Part shown: piece after piece, positions 1 through 11,565 of the stretch | How the letters are laid out: each line of letters starts with the position of its first letter | Numbering within the stretch: position 1 is the first letter of the stretch | Assembly: GCA_043727195.1 (NCBI GenBank) | Contig: JAYSYZ010000136.1 | Span: 637-64,636, forward strand | Reading direction: 5' to 3' | From: Paracoccaceae bacterium | GTDB lineage: Bacteria; Pseudomonadota; Alphaproteobacteria; Rhodobacterales; Rhodobacteraceae | DNA length: 64,000 nt | Program-made: the position numbers and the translations under genes | The notes under the pieces: model-generated | What the model saw: the letters and a program-made list of their open reading frames with translations, nothing else | The model's database searches: none | Told to the model about the DNA's origin: nothing

Positions 1-1
1 G

Positions 2-1096
2 AAGAACGTGATCCGGACATTCCCGCACGTTACGATGGAAAACGAGGTCATCGACGGCGGCGATTTCGCGGGGTTGCTCGACACCGTGGCAGATCGCGCG
101 GCGGGCTATGCCGACCGGCTTGCCGGTTCACGGGCGAAGGGTCGGCTGCGGGGCCTTGGGGTTGCGGCCTATATCGAGGCGATCCTAGGCGACAGCAACG
201 AAACCGCCCGCCTGGTGCTGGACGAGGATGGCGGAGCCTCGCTGTTTGTCGGCACGCAATCCAACGGGCAGGGGCATGAAAGCGTCTATTCCCGGATGGT
301 GGCCGAGGCGACGGGGATCGCGCAGGACATGGTCCGCATCGTCGAAGGCGACAGCGACCGCATCGCCCGCGGCGGCGGCACCGGCGGGTCGCGGTCGGTG
401 ACGGTGCAGGGCACCGCCACCCGCGCGGCCGTCACGGCGATGGTTGCTGGCTTTGAGGAGTTTCTCGGGCAGGAATGGGGGGTGGCGGGGGTCAGCTTCG
501 CCGATCACCGCTTTGGCGCGCCCGGCACCAACTTGCGCCTCACGCTGGTCGAGGCGGCGGCACTGGCACGGACCAAAGGCCGCACCGATCTGACCGACAG
601 GTCGGAAAGGATCACGCTGGACGGACGGTCGTTCCCCAACGGCGTGCATCTGTGCGAGGTGGAGATCGACCCCGAAACCGGTGGCTTGACGATGGAACGC
701 TATTCCGTGGTCGATGACTTCGGCGTGCTGGTGGCCCCCAATCTGGTGGAAGGTCAGGTGCACGGCGGCATTGCGCAGGGGTTCGGCCAGGCGGTGACGG
801 AATGGCTGGTGCAGGATGCGGCCGGTCAGGTGCTGACGGGCAGTTTCATGGACTACGGCATGCCAAGGGCCGACGATATGCCGATGATCAGCTTTGCAGA
901 ACGCGGTATTCCGACCCGGACCAATCCCCTGGGCATGAAGGGCTGCGGCGAGGCGGGCACGGTCGGCGCGCTTGCGGCGATCTCGAATGCGGTACGCGAT
1001 GCGCTGGCGCCCGAGGGTGTCACGCGTGTCGACATGCCCTTCACGCCAGTGCGGATCTGGCAATGGCTGGAGGAGGCGCGCCACGGCAATCCTTGA
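2..1096 (+). CDS. Xanthine dehydrogenase / CoxL-family molybdopterin-binding large subunit, C-terminal fragment (5' end lies outside the window)
   Basis: ORF 8..1096 is open to the window edge. C-terminal motifs fit the family (GTQSNGQGHESV, NPLGMKGCGEAGTVGA). Confidence 0.8.
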   Translation, partial: KNVIRTFPHVTMENEVIDGGDFAGLLDTVADRAAGYADRLAGSRAKGRLRGLGVAAYIEAILGDSNETARLVLDEDGGASLFVGTQSNGQGHESVYSRMVAEATGIAQDMVRIVEGDSDRIARGGGTGGSRSVTVQGTATRAAVTAMVAGFEEFLGQEWGVAGVSFADHRFGAPGTNLRLTLVEAAALARTKGRTDLTDRSERITLDGRSFPNGVHLCEVEIDPETGGLTMERYSVVDDFGVLVAPNLVEGQVHGGIAQGFGQAVTEWLVQDAAGQVLTGSFMDYGMPRADDMPMISFAERGIPTRTNPLGMKGCGEAGTVGALAAISNAVRDALAPEGVTRVDMPFTPVRIWQWLEEARHGNP

Positions 1097-1178
1097 CCGC
1101 CTTCGCAGTTGGCTGCGCCGCAGGCCTGTTGTCGCCGTCGAACCCGCCGCACCGCCGGAACCGGGACGGGCGCGCGGC

Positions 1179-2156
1179 GTGGTCGATCATGTCATCATCC
1201 TTGATGGCACCATGTCGTCGCTGGACGAGGGTATGGAAAGCAATGCAGGCCAGGTGTTCCGCATCCTGACCGAGGGTGGCGTGCGGGCGCGGCGGCGGGT
1301 CTATTACGAGCCGGGCATGCAATGGAACGGCTGGCGCAACGGTCTGGCGCTGATGGAGGGCCGGGGGCTCAGCGCCCAGATCCAGCGCGCCTATGGCTGG
1401 CTGGCCAGCGGCTATCGCGACGGGGACCGGATATTCCTGTTCGGGTATTCGCGGGGGGCCTATGCGGTGCGGTCTCTGGCCGGGCTGATCGACCGGCTGG
1501 GGCTGTTGACGCGCGACCACGCCACCCAACGCGGGGTGACGCTGGCCTGGCGACATTACGAACGCAACCCCGACAGCCCCGCCGCGCAGGCTTTTGCCCG
1601 CCGATTTTGCCATCTGGAAATCTCCATCGAGATGGTGGGCGTCTGGGATACCGTCAAGGCGCTTGGTCTGCGCCTGCCGTTCTTCTGGATGCTGTCGCCG
1701 GCGCGGCATGCCTTTCACAACCATCACCTCGGCACCTCGGTCCGGCACGGCTTTCACGCGCTGGCGCTTGACGAGACGCGGCTGGCCTTTGCGCCGGTGC
1801 TGTGGGAATGCCCGCCAGGGTGGGAAGGGAACATCGAACAGGTCTGGTTTCGCGGTGCGCATGGCGATGTCGGTGGCCAGATCGGTGATCTGACGGCGGC
1901 GCGTCCCCTGGCCAATATCCCGCTGGTCTGGATGCTGGAACGGGCCGAGGCGGTGGGGCTGGCGCTGCCCGAGGGTTGGCGCGCCCGCTATCCCTGCGAC
2001 GCCGCGGCCCCGATGGTTGGCACCTGGCGCAGCTGGGGCAAGGCGTTTGTGTTCCGTCGTCGCCGCCTCGTCGGGCGCGACCGGTCGGAACGGCTGCACC
2101 CCTCGGTGCCGCAACGCGCGGTGGCACGCTGGCTGCCCGGATTTCCGGCGGAATAG
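1179..2156 (+). CDS. DUF2235 (Tle1-like) alpha/beta-hydrolase family protein
   Basis: ORF 972..2156. Family hallmarks VIILDGT..., GYSRGA (GxSxG) and VGVWDTVKALG. The start is uncertain: in-frame GTG at 1179 (VVDHVIILDGT) avoids overlap with the upstream gene. Confidence 0.75.
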   Translation: MVDHVIILDGTMSSLDEGMESNAGQVFRILTEGGVRARRRVYYEPGMQWNGWRNGLALMEGRGLSAQIQRAYGWLASGYRDGDRIFLFGYSRGAYAVRSLAGLIDRLGLLTRDHATQRGVTLAWRHYERNPDSPAAQAFARRFCHLEISIEMVGVWDTVKALGLRLPFFWMLSPARHAFHNHHLGTSVRHGFHALALDETRLAFAPVLWECPPGWEGNIEQVWFRGAHGDVGGQIGDLTAARPLANIPLVWMLERAEAVGLALPEGWRARYPCDAAAPMVGTWRSWGKAFVFRRRRLVGRDRSERLHPSVPQRAVARWLPGFPAE

Positions 2157-2310
2157 GGCGCGACCGGCGGCGGGGCAGGGCACGCCGGTGGTGCCGGTGA
2201 TGCCGGTCCAGAAACCGTCCACCGCGCCCCTTTGTCGGCAACGGACACCCTCCGCGTTGTTGCGACCTCGCCGCCCCGGCAGACGCGGATCGCGCGCCTT
2301 GCCGTGCCTC

Positions 2311-3600
2311 TCACCGGTGACGGACGTCTACATAGTTGCGCTTCGGCGCGCCGACATAAAGCTGGCGCGGGCGGCCGATCTTCTGGTTCTTTTCGGCGAT
2401 CATCTCTTTCCACTGGCTGATCCAGCCCACCGTGCGGCTGATCGCGAAGATCGGCGTGAACATCGCGGTCGGAAAGCCCATCGCATCCAGAATGATGCCG
2501 GAATAGAAATCGACATTGGGATACAGCTTCTTGGAGATGAAATAGTCATCCTCCAGCGCGATCCGTTCCAGCTCCTTGGCCACCTGCAAGGTCGGGTTGT
2601 TCTGTACGCCCAGCAGTTCCAGCACCTCATCGGCGCTTTCCTTCATCACCGTGGCGCGCGGATCGAAGTTCTTGTAGACGCGGTGGCCAAAGCCCATCAG
2701 CTTGACGCCCGACGATTTGTCCTTGGCCAGCTTGATGAACTCCGGGATCCTGTCGACCGTGCCGATCTGGCGCAATTGTTCCAGTGCCGCCTGATTGGCT
2801 CCGCCATGCGCCGGCCCCCACAGGCAGGCGATGCCGGCGGCGATGCAGGCAAACGGGTTGGCCCCCGACGAGCCCGCCAGCCGCACGGTAGAGGTGGAGG
2901 CGTTTTGTTCATGATCGGCGTGCAGCATCATGATCCGGTCCATCGCCTTGGCCAGAACCGGATTGACCACGTAGTCCTCGGCCGGCACCGAAAAGCACAT
3001 GTGCAGGAAGTTGCCGGCGTAATCGAGGGCGTTCTTCGGATAGACGAAGGGCTGGCCGACCGAATACTTGTAGGCCATGGCGGCAATCGTCGGCAGCTTT
3101 GCGATCATCCGGATCGCGGCCACCTCGCGTTGCCAGGGATCGTTGATATCCGTCGAATCGTGGTAGAATGCCGCCATCGCGCCGACCACCCCCACCATGG
3201 TGGCCATCGGATGCGCATCGCGCCGGAAACCGCGAAAGAAATAGTGCATCTGTTCATGCACCATCGTGTGGTTCGTCACCCGGGCGCTGAAATCCGATAG
3301 CTGCGATGCGGTGGGCAGTTCGCCGTACAGCAGCAGGTAGCAAACCTCCAGATAGCTGGACTTTTCCGCCAGCTGTTCAATCGGATACCCGCGGTGCAGC
3401 AACTCGCCCTTGTCGCCGTCGATAAAGGTAATGGCACTTTCGCAGGCCGCGGTGGAGGTGAAGCCGGGGTCGAAGGTGAACACATCCGCCTCGGCATAAA
3501 GCTTGCGGATATCCAGCACGTCCGGCCCGAGGGTCGGCGAATGCACCGGCAGATCGTAGGTGTTTCCGTCAAGGCTCAGCTTCGCGACTTTGTCGGTCAT
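2311..3600 (-). CDS. gltA: Citrate synthase (type II)
   Basis: 429 aa, full-length and unmistakable citrate synthase sequence ([35 protein letters not shown]). Confidence 0.97.
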   Translation of the reverse strand: MTDKVAKLSLDGNTYDLPVHSPTLGPDVLDIRKLYAEADVFTFDPGFTSTAACESAITFIDGDKGELLHRGYPIEQLAEKSSYLEVCYLLLYGELPTASQLSDFSARVTNHTMVHEQMHYFFRGFRRDAHPMATMVGVVGAMAAFYHDSTDINDPWQREVAAIRMIAKLPTIAAMAYKYSVGQPFVYPKNALDYAGNFLHMCFSVPAEDYVVNPVLAKAMDRIMMLHADHEQNASTSTVRLAGSSGANPFACIAAGIACLWGPAHGGANQAALEQLRQIGTVDRIPEFIKLAKDKSSGVKLMGFGHRVYKNFDPRATVMKESADEVLELLGVQNNPTLQVAKELERIALEDDYFISKKLYPNVDFYSGIILDAMGFPTAMFTPIFAISRTVGWISQWKEMIAEKNQKIGRPRQLYVGAPKRNYVDVRHR

Positions 3601-3700
3601 CAGTTCATCCCCGGTATGGCGGGCCGCCCTGGTGGCAGGGGCGCGCCCGAAGCGAATATCCTGCGCCCCTGTGCGGGGCGGTCAAGGCCGGATCGCAGCG

Positions 3701-5113
3701 TCACCCCGCCGCGTCGGTCAGCCTCGCGATCGTCTCATCCCGACCGATGACCAGCATCATGTCGTAAACGCTTGGTGTCACACTTCGGCCCGCCAGTGCT
3801 GCCCGGATCGGGGCGGCCAGCTTGCCGAACCCGAGGCCGTGCGCGGCTGCAGCGTCAGTCAGAATGGGCTCCAGCGCCGCTTTCGTCCAGTTAGCATTTT
3901 GCAGGCGCGGCGTCAATTCGCCCAGTATACCACGGGATACCGTATCCAGCGCGGCCGCCGCCTGTGCATCCGGCAGCACGGGCCGGGTAACCAGCGCGAA
4001 CTGCGCCTTTTCAATCAGTTCCTGGAAGGTCTTCGCCCGATCCTTCACCGATGGCATCGCCCGCAGCAGCAGATCACATTGCGCCGTGGTCAGCGGCGGT
4101 TTCGCAGCGGCGGCAAGATAGCCGATCAGTTCATGCAGCAGTGCAGCATCGTCCGTCATCGCGATATGATGCCCGCAGGTGTTCTCCAGCTTCTTGAAAT
4201 CCAGCCGTGCCGGGGCACGCCCGATACCCTTCAGATCGAACATCTGCACCGCCTGTTCGGTGCTGAAGATCTCGGCGTCACCGGCGGCCCAGCCCAGCCG
4301 CGTCAGATAGTTGCGCATCCCGGCGGCGGGATATCCCATCGCCTGATACTCTTCGATCCCGGTCGCCCCGTGGCGTTTCGACAACTTCTTGCCGTCCGGC
4401 CCGTGGATCAGCGGGATATGCGCCCAGACCGGCACCCGCCACCCCATGGCGTCATAGACCATCTGCTGGCGCGCGGCGTTGTTCAGATGGTCGTCACCGC
4501 GGATCACATGGGTAACCCCCATGTCGTGGTCATCGACCACCACGGCCAGCATGTAGGTGGGAACGCCGTCCGATCGCAGCACGATCATGTCGTCCAGCGT
4601 CTCATTCCGTATCACCACGCGGCCCTGCACCTGATCTTCGATCACCGTCTCGCCGCTGCGGGGGGCCTTCATCCGGATCACGTAGGGCGCGTCGGGGTGG
4701 CTGGTCGCATCCACGTCGCGCCACGGGCTGTGAAACACCGGATAGCGCCCCGAAGCCTCTTCGGCGGCACGAAAGGCCGCGATATCTTCCTGCGTGGCAA
4801 AGCACTTGTAGGCCGTTCCGCGTGTCAGCATCCCGTGCGCCACTTCGGCGTGGCGGTCCTTGCGGTCAAACTGGCTGACCACCTCGCCATCCCAATCCAG
4901 CCCCAGCCAGGTCAGCCCCTTCAGGATTGCCGCCGTCGCCTCGGGGGTGGACCGTTCGCGGTCGGTATCCTCGATCCGCAGCAGGAACTTGCCGCCGCGC
5001 CCGCGCGCGTACAGCCAGTTGAACAGCGCCGTCCGACCGCCGCCGATATGCAGATAACCGGTGGGCGAGGGGGCAAAGCGGGTGACGACCCCGGGTTCTG
5101 ACGCTGCAGTCAT
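3701..5113 (-). CDS. gltX: Glutamate--tRNA ligase
   Basis: 470 aa with the class I HIGH-type motif ([11 protein letters not shown]) and KLSKR (KMSKS-type) motif. Confidence 0.97.
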   Translation of the reverse strand: MTAASEPGVVTRFAPSPTGYLHIGGGRTALFNWLYARGRGGKFLLRIEDTDRERSTPEATAAILKGLTWLGLDWDGEVVSQFDRKDRHAEVAHGMLTRGTAYKCFATQEDIAAFRAAEEASGRYPVFHSPWRDVDATSHPDAPYVIRMKAPRSGETVIEDQVQGRVVIRNETLDDMIVLRSDGVPTYMLAVVVDDHDMGVTHVIRGDDHLNNAARQQMVYDAMGWRVPVWAHIPLIHGPDGKKLSKRHGATGIEEYQAMGYPAAGMRNYLTRLGWAAGDAEIFSTEQAVQMFDLKGIGRAPARLDFKKLENTCGHHIAMTDDAALLHELIGYLAAAAKPPLTTAQCDLLLRAMPSVKDRAKTFQELIEKAQFALVTRPVLPDAQAAAALDTVSRGILGELTPRLQNANWTKAALEPILTDAAAAHGLGFGKLAAPIRAALAGRSVTPSVYDMMLVIGRDETIARLTDAAG

Positions 5114-5189
5114 GCGGAGTTAACCTTTCAGAAACCATGCGGGGAATAGGCTGCACGCGTGTTTAGGCAATCGGGGGGCGGGAAACAAG

Positions 5190-7307
5190 GTGGCCATGGC
5201 GCGGGGTCTTCTCTGGCCGCTTGAAGCGCTGTCACAGCCGCGGGGCACGCTGTTTCCGTGGATACCGGTCTTCATCGGGATCGGCATCGCCGCATGGTTC
5301 GCGGTGGCCGACGAACCGGGACCGAACACCTACGCGCTGGCTGCCGTGCTGCTGGCCTCGGGCATTGCCGGGCGCTGGCGCGGGCCGGAACTTGCGCACC
5401 CCGTCGCACTGATCGCCGCCTGCCTTGCCGCTGGGTGGCTGGCCGCCGGCGCGCGGGCGCATCTGCAGGCGGCCCCGATGCTGGAGTTTCGGTATTACGG
5501 CCCGGTCGAAGGCCGCATCATCGGCATCGACCGGTCGCAATCTGATGCACTGCGCCTGACATTGGATCGGGTCAGCCTGCGCGAAGTGGCACCAGAGCGG
5601 ACGCCGCCAAAGGTCCGCGTCTCGATGCAGGCGGATCAGCCGTGGCTGACGCCGATGCCGGGGCAGGTGGTGATCCTGACCGCATCCCTTGCTGCCCCGG
5701 ACGGGCCGGTTGAACCGGGCGGCTTCGATTTCCGGCGCATGGCGTTTTTCGACCAGCTGGGCGCGGTCGGCTATACCCGGACGCCGGTGCTGTTGCTGGA
5801 AGAACCGGTGGCCGGTGAGGCGGTGATCAGCCGCCTGCGCAGCTATCTGACCCGCAGCATGCTGGATCATATGCCCGGTCAGGCCGGGGCTTTTGCGGCG
5901 GGGGCGATGACGGGGGACCGCTCGGCCATCACGCAAGACACGGTGCAGGCGTTGCGCGATTCGTCGCTGGCGCATCTCTTGGCAATTTCGGGGATGAACA
6001 TGGCTTTCCTTGTCACCTTCGTCTTTGCGCTGGTGCGTTACGGGTTGGCGCTGGTGCCGCGCGTGGCGCTGCGGGTGAACACCAAAAAGGTGGCGGCGGT
6101 GGTGGGCCTTGGGGTGGCGCTGTTTTACCTGTTGCTCTCCGGGGCCAATGTGGCGACGGAACGCGCCTTCATCATGGTGTCGGTGATGCTGGGCGCGGTG
6201 CTCTTGGACCGCCGCGCGCTGACCCTGCGAACGGTGGCAATTGCGGCGGTGATCCTTTTGCTGATGCGCCCCGAAAGTCTGACAGAGCCGGGATTCCAGA
6301 TGTCTTTCGCCGCCACCGTGGCGCTGATTGCCGGCTTTGCAGCACTGGAGACCGGGGTCTTTCGCAACCGGATGCCGCGCTGGATGGTGCCGGTGTTCAT
6401 GCTGGTCCTCAGTTCGGTCATCGCCGGAGTGGCAACCGCCCCCTTTGCGGCAGCGCATTTCAACCGGTTCACCGATTACGGGCTGATGGCCAACCTGCTG
6501 ACCGTGCCGGTGATGGGGGCGGTGGTGATGCCGGCGGGGGTGGTTGCAGCCCTGCTGGCACCCCTCGGCCTTGCCGCCCCGGCGCTTTGGGTGATGGAGC
6601 AGGGCGCGCGCTGGATTCTGTTCGTGGCGCATTGGATCGCGGGGCTGGACGGATCGGTTACCGCCATCCCTGCGCCGGGGCCCTGGGTGATTCCGTTGAT
6701 CACGCTGGGCGGCATCTGGGTGATCCTGTGGCGCGGCCGGGTGCAGATGGCGGGCGCGTTGCCGCTGGTGGCGGGGTTGGTGCTGTGGTCGATGGCGGAA
6801 CGACCGGTGCTGCTGATCTCGGCCGATGGCAAGCTTCTGGGGCTGGACGGGCCAGAGGGGCGGGCCTTGTCGGCGGCAACGGGGGGTGGTTTCGCGGCGC
6901 AGAACTGGCTGGAGAATGACGGCGATCTGGCGGATCAGAAACTGGCCGCCGCGCGGGCCGGGTTCACCGGTAAAAGGGGTGAAAAGTGGTTTGAAGTCGG
7001 TGGCTTACGGGTCGTTTCGTTGACGGGCAAGGCCGCGTCGGGCAAACTTGACGCTGCCTGTGCCAGCGGCGCGCTGGTCATCCTGGCCGCCCTGGCCGAG
7101 GCTGCGCCCGCGGGCTGCCGCCTGATCGACCAGTCGATCTTGCGGGAAACCGGTGCATTGGCGGTCTGGCGCGAAACCGCTGGCCTGCGGGTCGAGCGGA
7201 CAAAGGGTCCGCGCCGGATCTGGACGGCGCGTCACAAGGCGGATGCACTGGACGACGGGCTGTTCGCCGCAAAGCCCGCTCCGCCGGTGGCGGCGCCCGG
7301 TCCGTAG
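5190..7307 (+). CDS. ComEC/Rec2-family membrane protein
   Basis: 705 aa polytopic membrane protein with the ComEC core (SLAHLLAISGMNMAF). GTG start at 5190, alternative ATG at 5196. Confidence 0.85.
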   Translation: MAMARGLLWPLEALSQPRGTLFPWIPVFIGIGIAAWFAVADEPGPNTYALAAVLLASGIAGRWRGPELAHPVALIAACLAAGWLAAGARAHLQAAPMLEFRYYGPVEGRIIGIDRSQSDALRLTLDRVSLREVAPERTPPKVRVSMQADQPWLTPMPGQVVILTASLAAPDGPVEPGGFDFRRMAFFDQLGAVGYTRTPVLLLEEPVAGEAVISRLRSYLTRSMLDHMPGQAGAFAAGAMTGDRSAITQDTVQALRDSSLAHLLAISGMNMAFLVTFVFALVRYGLALVPRVALRVNTKKVAAVVGLGVALFYLLLSGANVATERAFIMVSVMLGAVLLDRRALTLRTVAIAAVILLLMRPESLTEPGFQMSFAATVALIAGFAALETGVFRNRMPRWMVPVFMLVLSSVIAGVATAPFAAAHFNRFTDYGLMANLLTVPVMGAVVMPAGVVAALLAPLGLAAPALWVMEQGARWILFVAHWIAGLDGSVTAIPAPGPWVIPLITLGGIWVILWRGRVQMAGALPLVAGLVLWSMAERPVLLISADGKLLGLDGPEGRALSAATGGGFAAQNWLENDGDLADQKLAAARAGFTGKRGEKWFEVGGLRVVSLTGKAASGKLDAACASGALVILAALAEAAPAGCRLIDQSILRETGALAVWRETAGLRVERTKGPRRIWTARHKADALDDGLFAAKPAPPVAAPGP

Positions 7308-7314
7308 CTGCGGG

Positions 7315-8001
7315 TCAGTAGCTGCGGATCAGGCCGACCAGACGACCCTGCACCTTGACCAGATGATCGGGAAAGACGCGCGTCTCATATGCCGAGTTGG
7401 CCGCTTCCAGCGCGATCATGCCGCCCTTGCGGCGAAAACGTTTCAACGTCGCCTCGTGATCTTCGACCAGCGCCACGACGATATCGCCATTGTCAGCAGT
7501 GGCCTGTTCGCGGATCACCACGATATCGCCGTCGTTGATCCCGGCGTCGATCATCGAATCGCCCTTGACCTCAAGCGCATAGTGCTGACCGGTGCCCGAC
7601 AGCATCGATCCCGGCACCGTGATGTGATGCGACACCTCGGATATCGCCTCGATCGGCACACCGGCGGCGATCCGGCCCATCACCGGCAGTTCCATGGCAT
7701 GGATCGCCTCCACCGGCATCGCCCCCCGCGGCGGATCGGTGCGGTCGCCCGCGATGACACGCGGGCTGAACCCCGGGCGTTCCATCGCCTCTGGCAGCTT
7801 GATGATTTCCAGCGCGCGGGCACGATGGGCAAGGCGGCGGATGAAACCCCGCTCCTCCAGCGCGGTGATCAGCCGGTGAATGCCGGACTTCGACCGCAGA
7901 TCCAGCGCATCCTTCATTTCGTCGAACGAGGGCGGAACCCCGTCCCGGTCCATCCGCGTCTTGATGAAATCGAGCAGTTCCAACTGTTTGCGTGTCAGCA
8001 T
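7315..8001 (-). CDS. lexA: LexA repressor
   Basis: The ORF is 7315..8073, but the canonical N-terminus [13 protein letters not shown] starts at the ATG at 8001. It has a winged-helix N-domain and an S24 peptidase C-domain (GDSM ... RLVGLIR). SOS boxes lie just upstream. Confidence 0.95.
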   Translation of the reverse strand: MLTRKQLELLDFIKTRMDRDGVPPSFDEMKDALDLRSKSGIHRLITALEERGFIRRLAHRARALEIIKLPEAMERPGFSPRVIAGDRTDPPRGAMPVEAIHAMELPVMGRIAAGVPIEAISEVSHHITVPGSMLSGTGQHYALEVKGDSMIDAGINDGDIVVIREQATADNGDIVVALVEDHEATLKRFRRKGGMIALEAANSAYETRVFPDHLVKVQGRLVGLIRSY

Positions 8002-8023
8002 GCCTGCGCCCCCATTTACAGGT

Positions 8024-8049
8024 GTTAACACAATGTTCTGCCCGTGTTC
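8024..8049 (-). promoter_or_regulatory. Tandem alpha-proteobacterial SOS (LexA) boxes: GTTA-N7-GTTC-N7-GTTC
   Basis: The + strand reads GTTA(8024-8027) acacaat GTTC(8035-8038) tgcccgt GTTC(8046-8049). This sits 23-48 nt upstream of the lexA ATG and matches the GTTC-N7-GTTC (GAAC-N7-GAAC) box known for Rhodobacter/Rhizobium LexA. Confidence 0.8.
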
Positions 8050-8072
8050 CCGGTTTGTGTCAAGCGCTTTCA

Positions 8073-9242
8073 CTACAGTGGCAGAAACTCTACCGCATCG
8101 CCGGCATGGCGCGGCGCATCGTCCACCGGCCTGATCAACAGCGCCGTCGCCTCGCCGAGGATCGACAGCAGCGCGGAATCCTGCCGGTCGAACGGTGTGA
8201 TCCGGGGTATTCCGTCGCCCGGTTCCAGCCGTGCCCGCATGTAATGGGCGCGCGGGCCGTTCGCGGGCAGGTCTAGGGCAAGGGTGGCACGGCGGGGGGT
8301 GGGGCCGACATCGGGCTGGCCCAGCATGGCGCGGATCATCGGCAGCAGGAACAGATGCCCGCAGACAATCGCCGACACCGGGTTACCGGGCAGGCCCAGC
8401 ATCGGCACGCCGTTCAGCCGCCCCGCAAGAAATGGCTTGCCGGGCCGCATGGCGATCTTCCAGAATGCAAGGTCCAGCCCCGCCACGCGGCCCACCAGAT
8501 CATGCTCGCCGACCGATGCGCCACCGATCGTCACGATCAGATCCGCGTCGCCCGCAAGGGCGAGGACGGTGGCCAGTTCCGCCGCAGTGTCGCGCGCGAT
8601 GGGCAGCAGCCGCGCGATGCCGCCCTCGGCCTCGACCATCGCTTTCAGGGCAAAGCTGTTCGAGGCGATGATCTGGTCGGGGCGGGGGTCTTCGCCGGGC
8701 ATCACCAACTCGTCCCCGGTGGCAATCAGCGCCACCACCGGGCGGCGGGTGACGGTCACCTCTGCCACGTTCATCGCGGCCAGCAGCGCCAGATCGTTGG
8801 GCCGCAGGCGGCGCGGCGACAAAACCGCCCCGGCGCGGAAATCCTGACCCGCGGGCCGGATATGGGTGGCCGTGTCGGCACCCGGTCTGACCGTGACCAT
8901 GCGGCCGTCGGCCAGCACATCCTCCTGGATGATCACGCGTGTCGCCCCCGCCGGCACCGGGGCGCCGGTAAAGATGCGGACCGCGTCGCCCGGCCCGATG
9001 CGCCCGCCAAAGGCATGGCCCGCGCCCGCCTCTCCGATCAGGGTATAACTGGTACCGGGAACCGGATCACCCGCCACCGCGTAGCCGTCCATCGCCGAGG
9101 CGGGAAACGGCGGCTGGTCGCGCCGGGCAATGGCCGGGGCGCACATCCAGCGGCAATGCGCTGCGGCCAGCGGCGCGGTTTCCGGCGCAAGTGTCGCTAC
9201 CAGCCCAAGACAACGCGCCAGCGCTTCTTCAACCGAAATCAC
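8073..9242 (-). CDS. moeA: Molybdopterin molybdotransferase
   Basis: 389 aa with MoeA motifs ([17 protein letters not shown]). The GTG start overlaps the moaC stop (GTGA). Confidence 0.9.
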   Translation of the reverse strand: MISVEEALARCLGLVATLAPETAPLAAAHCRWMCAPAIARRDQPPFPASAMDGYAVAGDPVPGTSYTLIGEAGAGHAFGGRIGPGDAVRIFTGAPVPAGATRVIIQEDVLADGRMVTVRPGADTATHIRPAGQDFRAGAVLSPRRLRPNDLALLAAMNVAEVTVTRRPVVALIATGDELVMPGEDPRPDQIIASNSFALKAMVEAEGGIARLLPIARDTAAELATVLALAGDADLIVTIGGASVGEHDLVGRVAGLDLAFWKIAMRPGKPFLAGRLNGVPMLGLPGNPVSAIVCGHLFLLPMIRAMLGQPDVGPTPRRATLALDLPANGPRAHYMRARLEPGDGIPRITPFDRQDSALLSILGEATALLIRPVDDAPRHAGDAVEFLPL

Positions 9243-9733
9243 GGCGTCGCCTCGTACAGCCCGGATTTTCCGCCATCTTTCAGGATCAGCCGGATGCCTT
9301 CGATCACCATCGACCGCTCCACCGCCTTGACCATGTCATAAACGGTCAGTGCCGCCACCGACACGGCGGTCAGCGCCTCCATCTCTACCCCCGTCTGGCC
9401 GGAGGTCTTGACCGTCGCCTCGATCCGCACGCCGGGCAGCGCCGGGTCGGCGGTCAGTTCCACCGCCACCCTGGTTATCGGCAAGGGGTGACACAGCGGG
9501 ATCAGATCCGCCGTGCGCTTGGCCGCCATGATCCCCGCCAGCCGCGCGACGGCCAGCACATCCCCCTTGGTGGCGCGGCCTTCGGTGATCAGCGTCAGCG
9601 TTGCCGCCGTCATCCGCACCACGCCTTCGGCCACCGCCACCCGGTCAGTCACCGGCTTGGCCGACACATCCACCATGTGGGCCTGCCCCTTGGCGTCGAA
9701 ATGCGACAGCGCTGGTTTGGCAGGGCCGCTCAT
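9239..9733 (-). CDS. moaC: Cyclic pyranopterin monophosphate synthase
   Basis: 164 aa, typical MoaC ([32 protein letters not shown]). Confidence 0.95.
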   Translation of the reverse strand: MSGPAKPALSHFDAKGQAHMVDVSAKPVTDRVAVAEGVVRMTAATLTLITEGRATKGDVLAVARLAGIMAAKRTADLIPLCHPLPITRVAVELTADPALPGVRIEATVKTSGQTGVEMEALTAVSVAALTVYDMVKAVERSMVIEGIRLILKDGGKSGLYEATP

Positions 9734-10542
9734 AGCCCGCCTTGCGCGGTCAGCGGGCGGGCAAGGATGCGGCGGGTCGCCGCCGCCACATCGGCCTGTC
9801 GCATCAGGCTTTCGCCGATCAGGAAACAGCGCGCGCCGTAATGCGCAAGGCCGGCCAGATCGGCGGCGCTGTACAGGCCGCTTTCGGCCACGATCATCCG
9901 GTCTTCGGGCACAAGTTGTGCAAGCCGGCGGGTGGTGTCCAGCGTCACCTCGAACGTATGCAGATTGCGGTTGTTGATGCCGATCAGCGGCGAGGTCAGC
10001 CGCGCTGCGCGCTCCAGTTCCGCCTCGTCATGCACCTCGATCAGCACATCCATCCCGAGGGCAATCGCCGCCCCCTCCAGTTCCGCCGCCTGGCCATCCT
10101 CCAGTGACGCCATGATCAACAGGATGCAATCGGCGTTCAGCGCGCGCGATTCGGTAACTTGCCAGGGATCATAGACAAAATCCTTGCGCAGGCAGGGCAG
10201 CGTCACCGCCGCATGGGCGGCCAGGAGGTAGTCGTCGGCCCCCTGAAACGACGGCGTGTCGGTCAACACCGAAAGGCAGGTGGCCCCGCCCGCCTCATAC
10301 GCGAGGGCCAGCGCCGGCGGGTCGAAGTCGGCGCGGATCAGGCCCTTGGACGGGCTGGCCTTCTTGATTTCGGCGATCAGGCCGTAGCCTGTGGTCACCG
10401 CCTCTTTCAACGCGCGGGCAAAACCGCGCGGCGGGGCGGCAGCCTTTGCTGCGGCCTCCATTTCGGCCAGCGGGCGGGCGGCCTTGCGGGCGGCCACCTC
10501 TTCCAGCTTGTAGGCCTTGATCCGGTCCAGAATGGTGCTCAT
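9730..10542 (-). CDS. trpC: Indole-3-glycerol-phosphate synthase
   Basis: 270 aa, TrpC motifs ([26 protein letters not shown]). Confidence 0.95.
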   Translation of the reverse strand: MSTILDRIKAYKLEEVAARKAARPLAEMEAAAKAAAPPRGFARALKEAVTTGYGLIAEIKKASPSKGLIRADFDPPALALAYEAGGATCLSVLTDTPSFQGADDYLLAAHAAVTLPCLRKDFVYDPWQVTESRALNADCILLIMASLEDGQAAELEGAAIALGMDVLIEVHDEAELERAARLTSPLIGINNRNLHTFEVTLDTTRRLAQLVPEDRMIVAESGLYSAADLAGLAHYGARCFLIGESLMRQADVAAATRRILARPLTAQGGL

Positions 10543-10551
10543 CGGGGTCTC

Positions 10552-11565
10552 TTACGGGTTGGTCAGGCGACGCAGCGCCTCGACCTTGGCGCGGGCGGCG
10601 CCGCTGTCGATGGCGCTGCGGGCCATGGCGACGCCGTCTTTCAGGGTGGCGGCGCGGCCGGCCACCATCAGGGCAGCGGCGGCATTCAGCAATACGGCAT
10701 CGCGGTAGGCCCCGGGCGCGCCGTCCAGCAGCGCGCGGAACGCCGCGGCATTGTCGGCGGGTGTCCCGCCCAGGATGGCTTCGAACGGGTGAAGTGGCAG
10801 GCCCGCATCTTCGGGATGCACCTCGAACATGCGCACCGCGCCATCCTCGATCGCGGCCACCTGGGTGGCGGCGGCGATGGAAACCTCGTCCGTGCCGTCA
10901 CCGCCATGCACCAGCCAGGCGCGGTCTGACCCCAGCGCCAGCAGGGTTTCCGCCATCGGGCGGATCAACGCTGCCGAAAATGCCCCAGTCAACTGGCGCT
11001 TGACCCCGGCCGGGTTGGTCAGCGGCCCGAGGATGTTAAAGATCGTCCGGGTGCCAAGCTCGGCCCGCACCGGCATGACATGCCGGATTGCCGGATGATG
11101 CATCGGGGCCATCATGAAGCCGATTCCGGCCTCGGACAGGCAGCGTTCCACCACCTCGGGGCCGACCATGACGTTCAGGCCCATCTCGGTCAGCGCATCC
11201 GCAGCGCCGGATCTGGACGAAAGGTTGCGGTTGCCGTGCTTGGCCACGACCACCCCCGCGCCCGCCACCACAAAGGCCGTCGCGGTCGAGATGTTCAGCG
11301 TGCCCTTGCCGTCGCCGCCGGTGCCGACGATGTCCATCGCCCCGGCCGGGGCGCGCACCGCATGGCACTTGGCGCGCATCACCGTGGCGGCAGCGGCATA
11401 TTCATCCACCGTCTCGCCACGCGTCCGCAGCGCCATCAGGAAGCCGCCCATCTGCGCCGGCGTCCCGAGCCCGTCAAACAGCGCGCCGAACGCCGCCTCT
11501 GCCTCGGCCCGCGTCAGGGGGCGGCTGGCAGCGATGCCGATCAGCGGTTTCAGCACATCGCTCAT
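10552..11565 (-). CDS. trpD: Anthranilate phosphoribosyltransferase
   Basis: 337 aa, TrpD motifs ([24 protein letters not shown]). Confidence 0.95.
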   Translation of the reverse strand: MSDVLKPLIGIAASRPLTRAEAEAAFGALFDGLGTPAQMGGFLMALRTRGETVDEYAAAATVMRAKCHAVRAPAGAMDIVGTGGDGKGTLNISTATAFVVAGAGVVVAKHGNRNLSSRSGAADALTEMGLNVMVGPEVVERCLSEAGIGFMMAPMHHPAIRHVMPVRAELGTRTIFNILGPLTNPAGVKRQLTGAFSAALIRPMAETLLALGSDRAWLVHGGDGTDEVSIAAATQVAAIEDGAVRMFEVHPEDAGLPLHPFEAILGGTPADNAAAFRALLDGAPGAYRDAVLLNAAAALMVAGRAATLKDGVAMARSAIDSGAARAKVEALRRLTNP

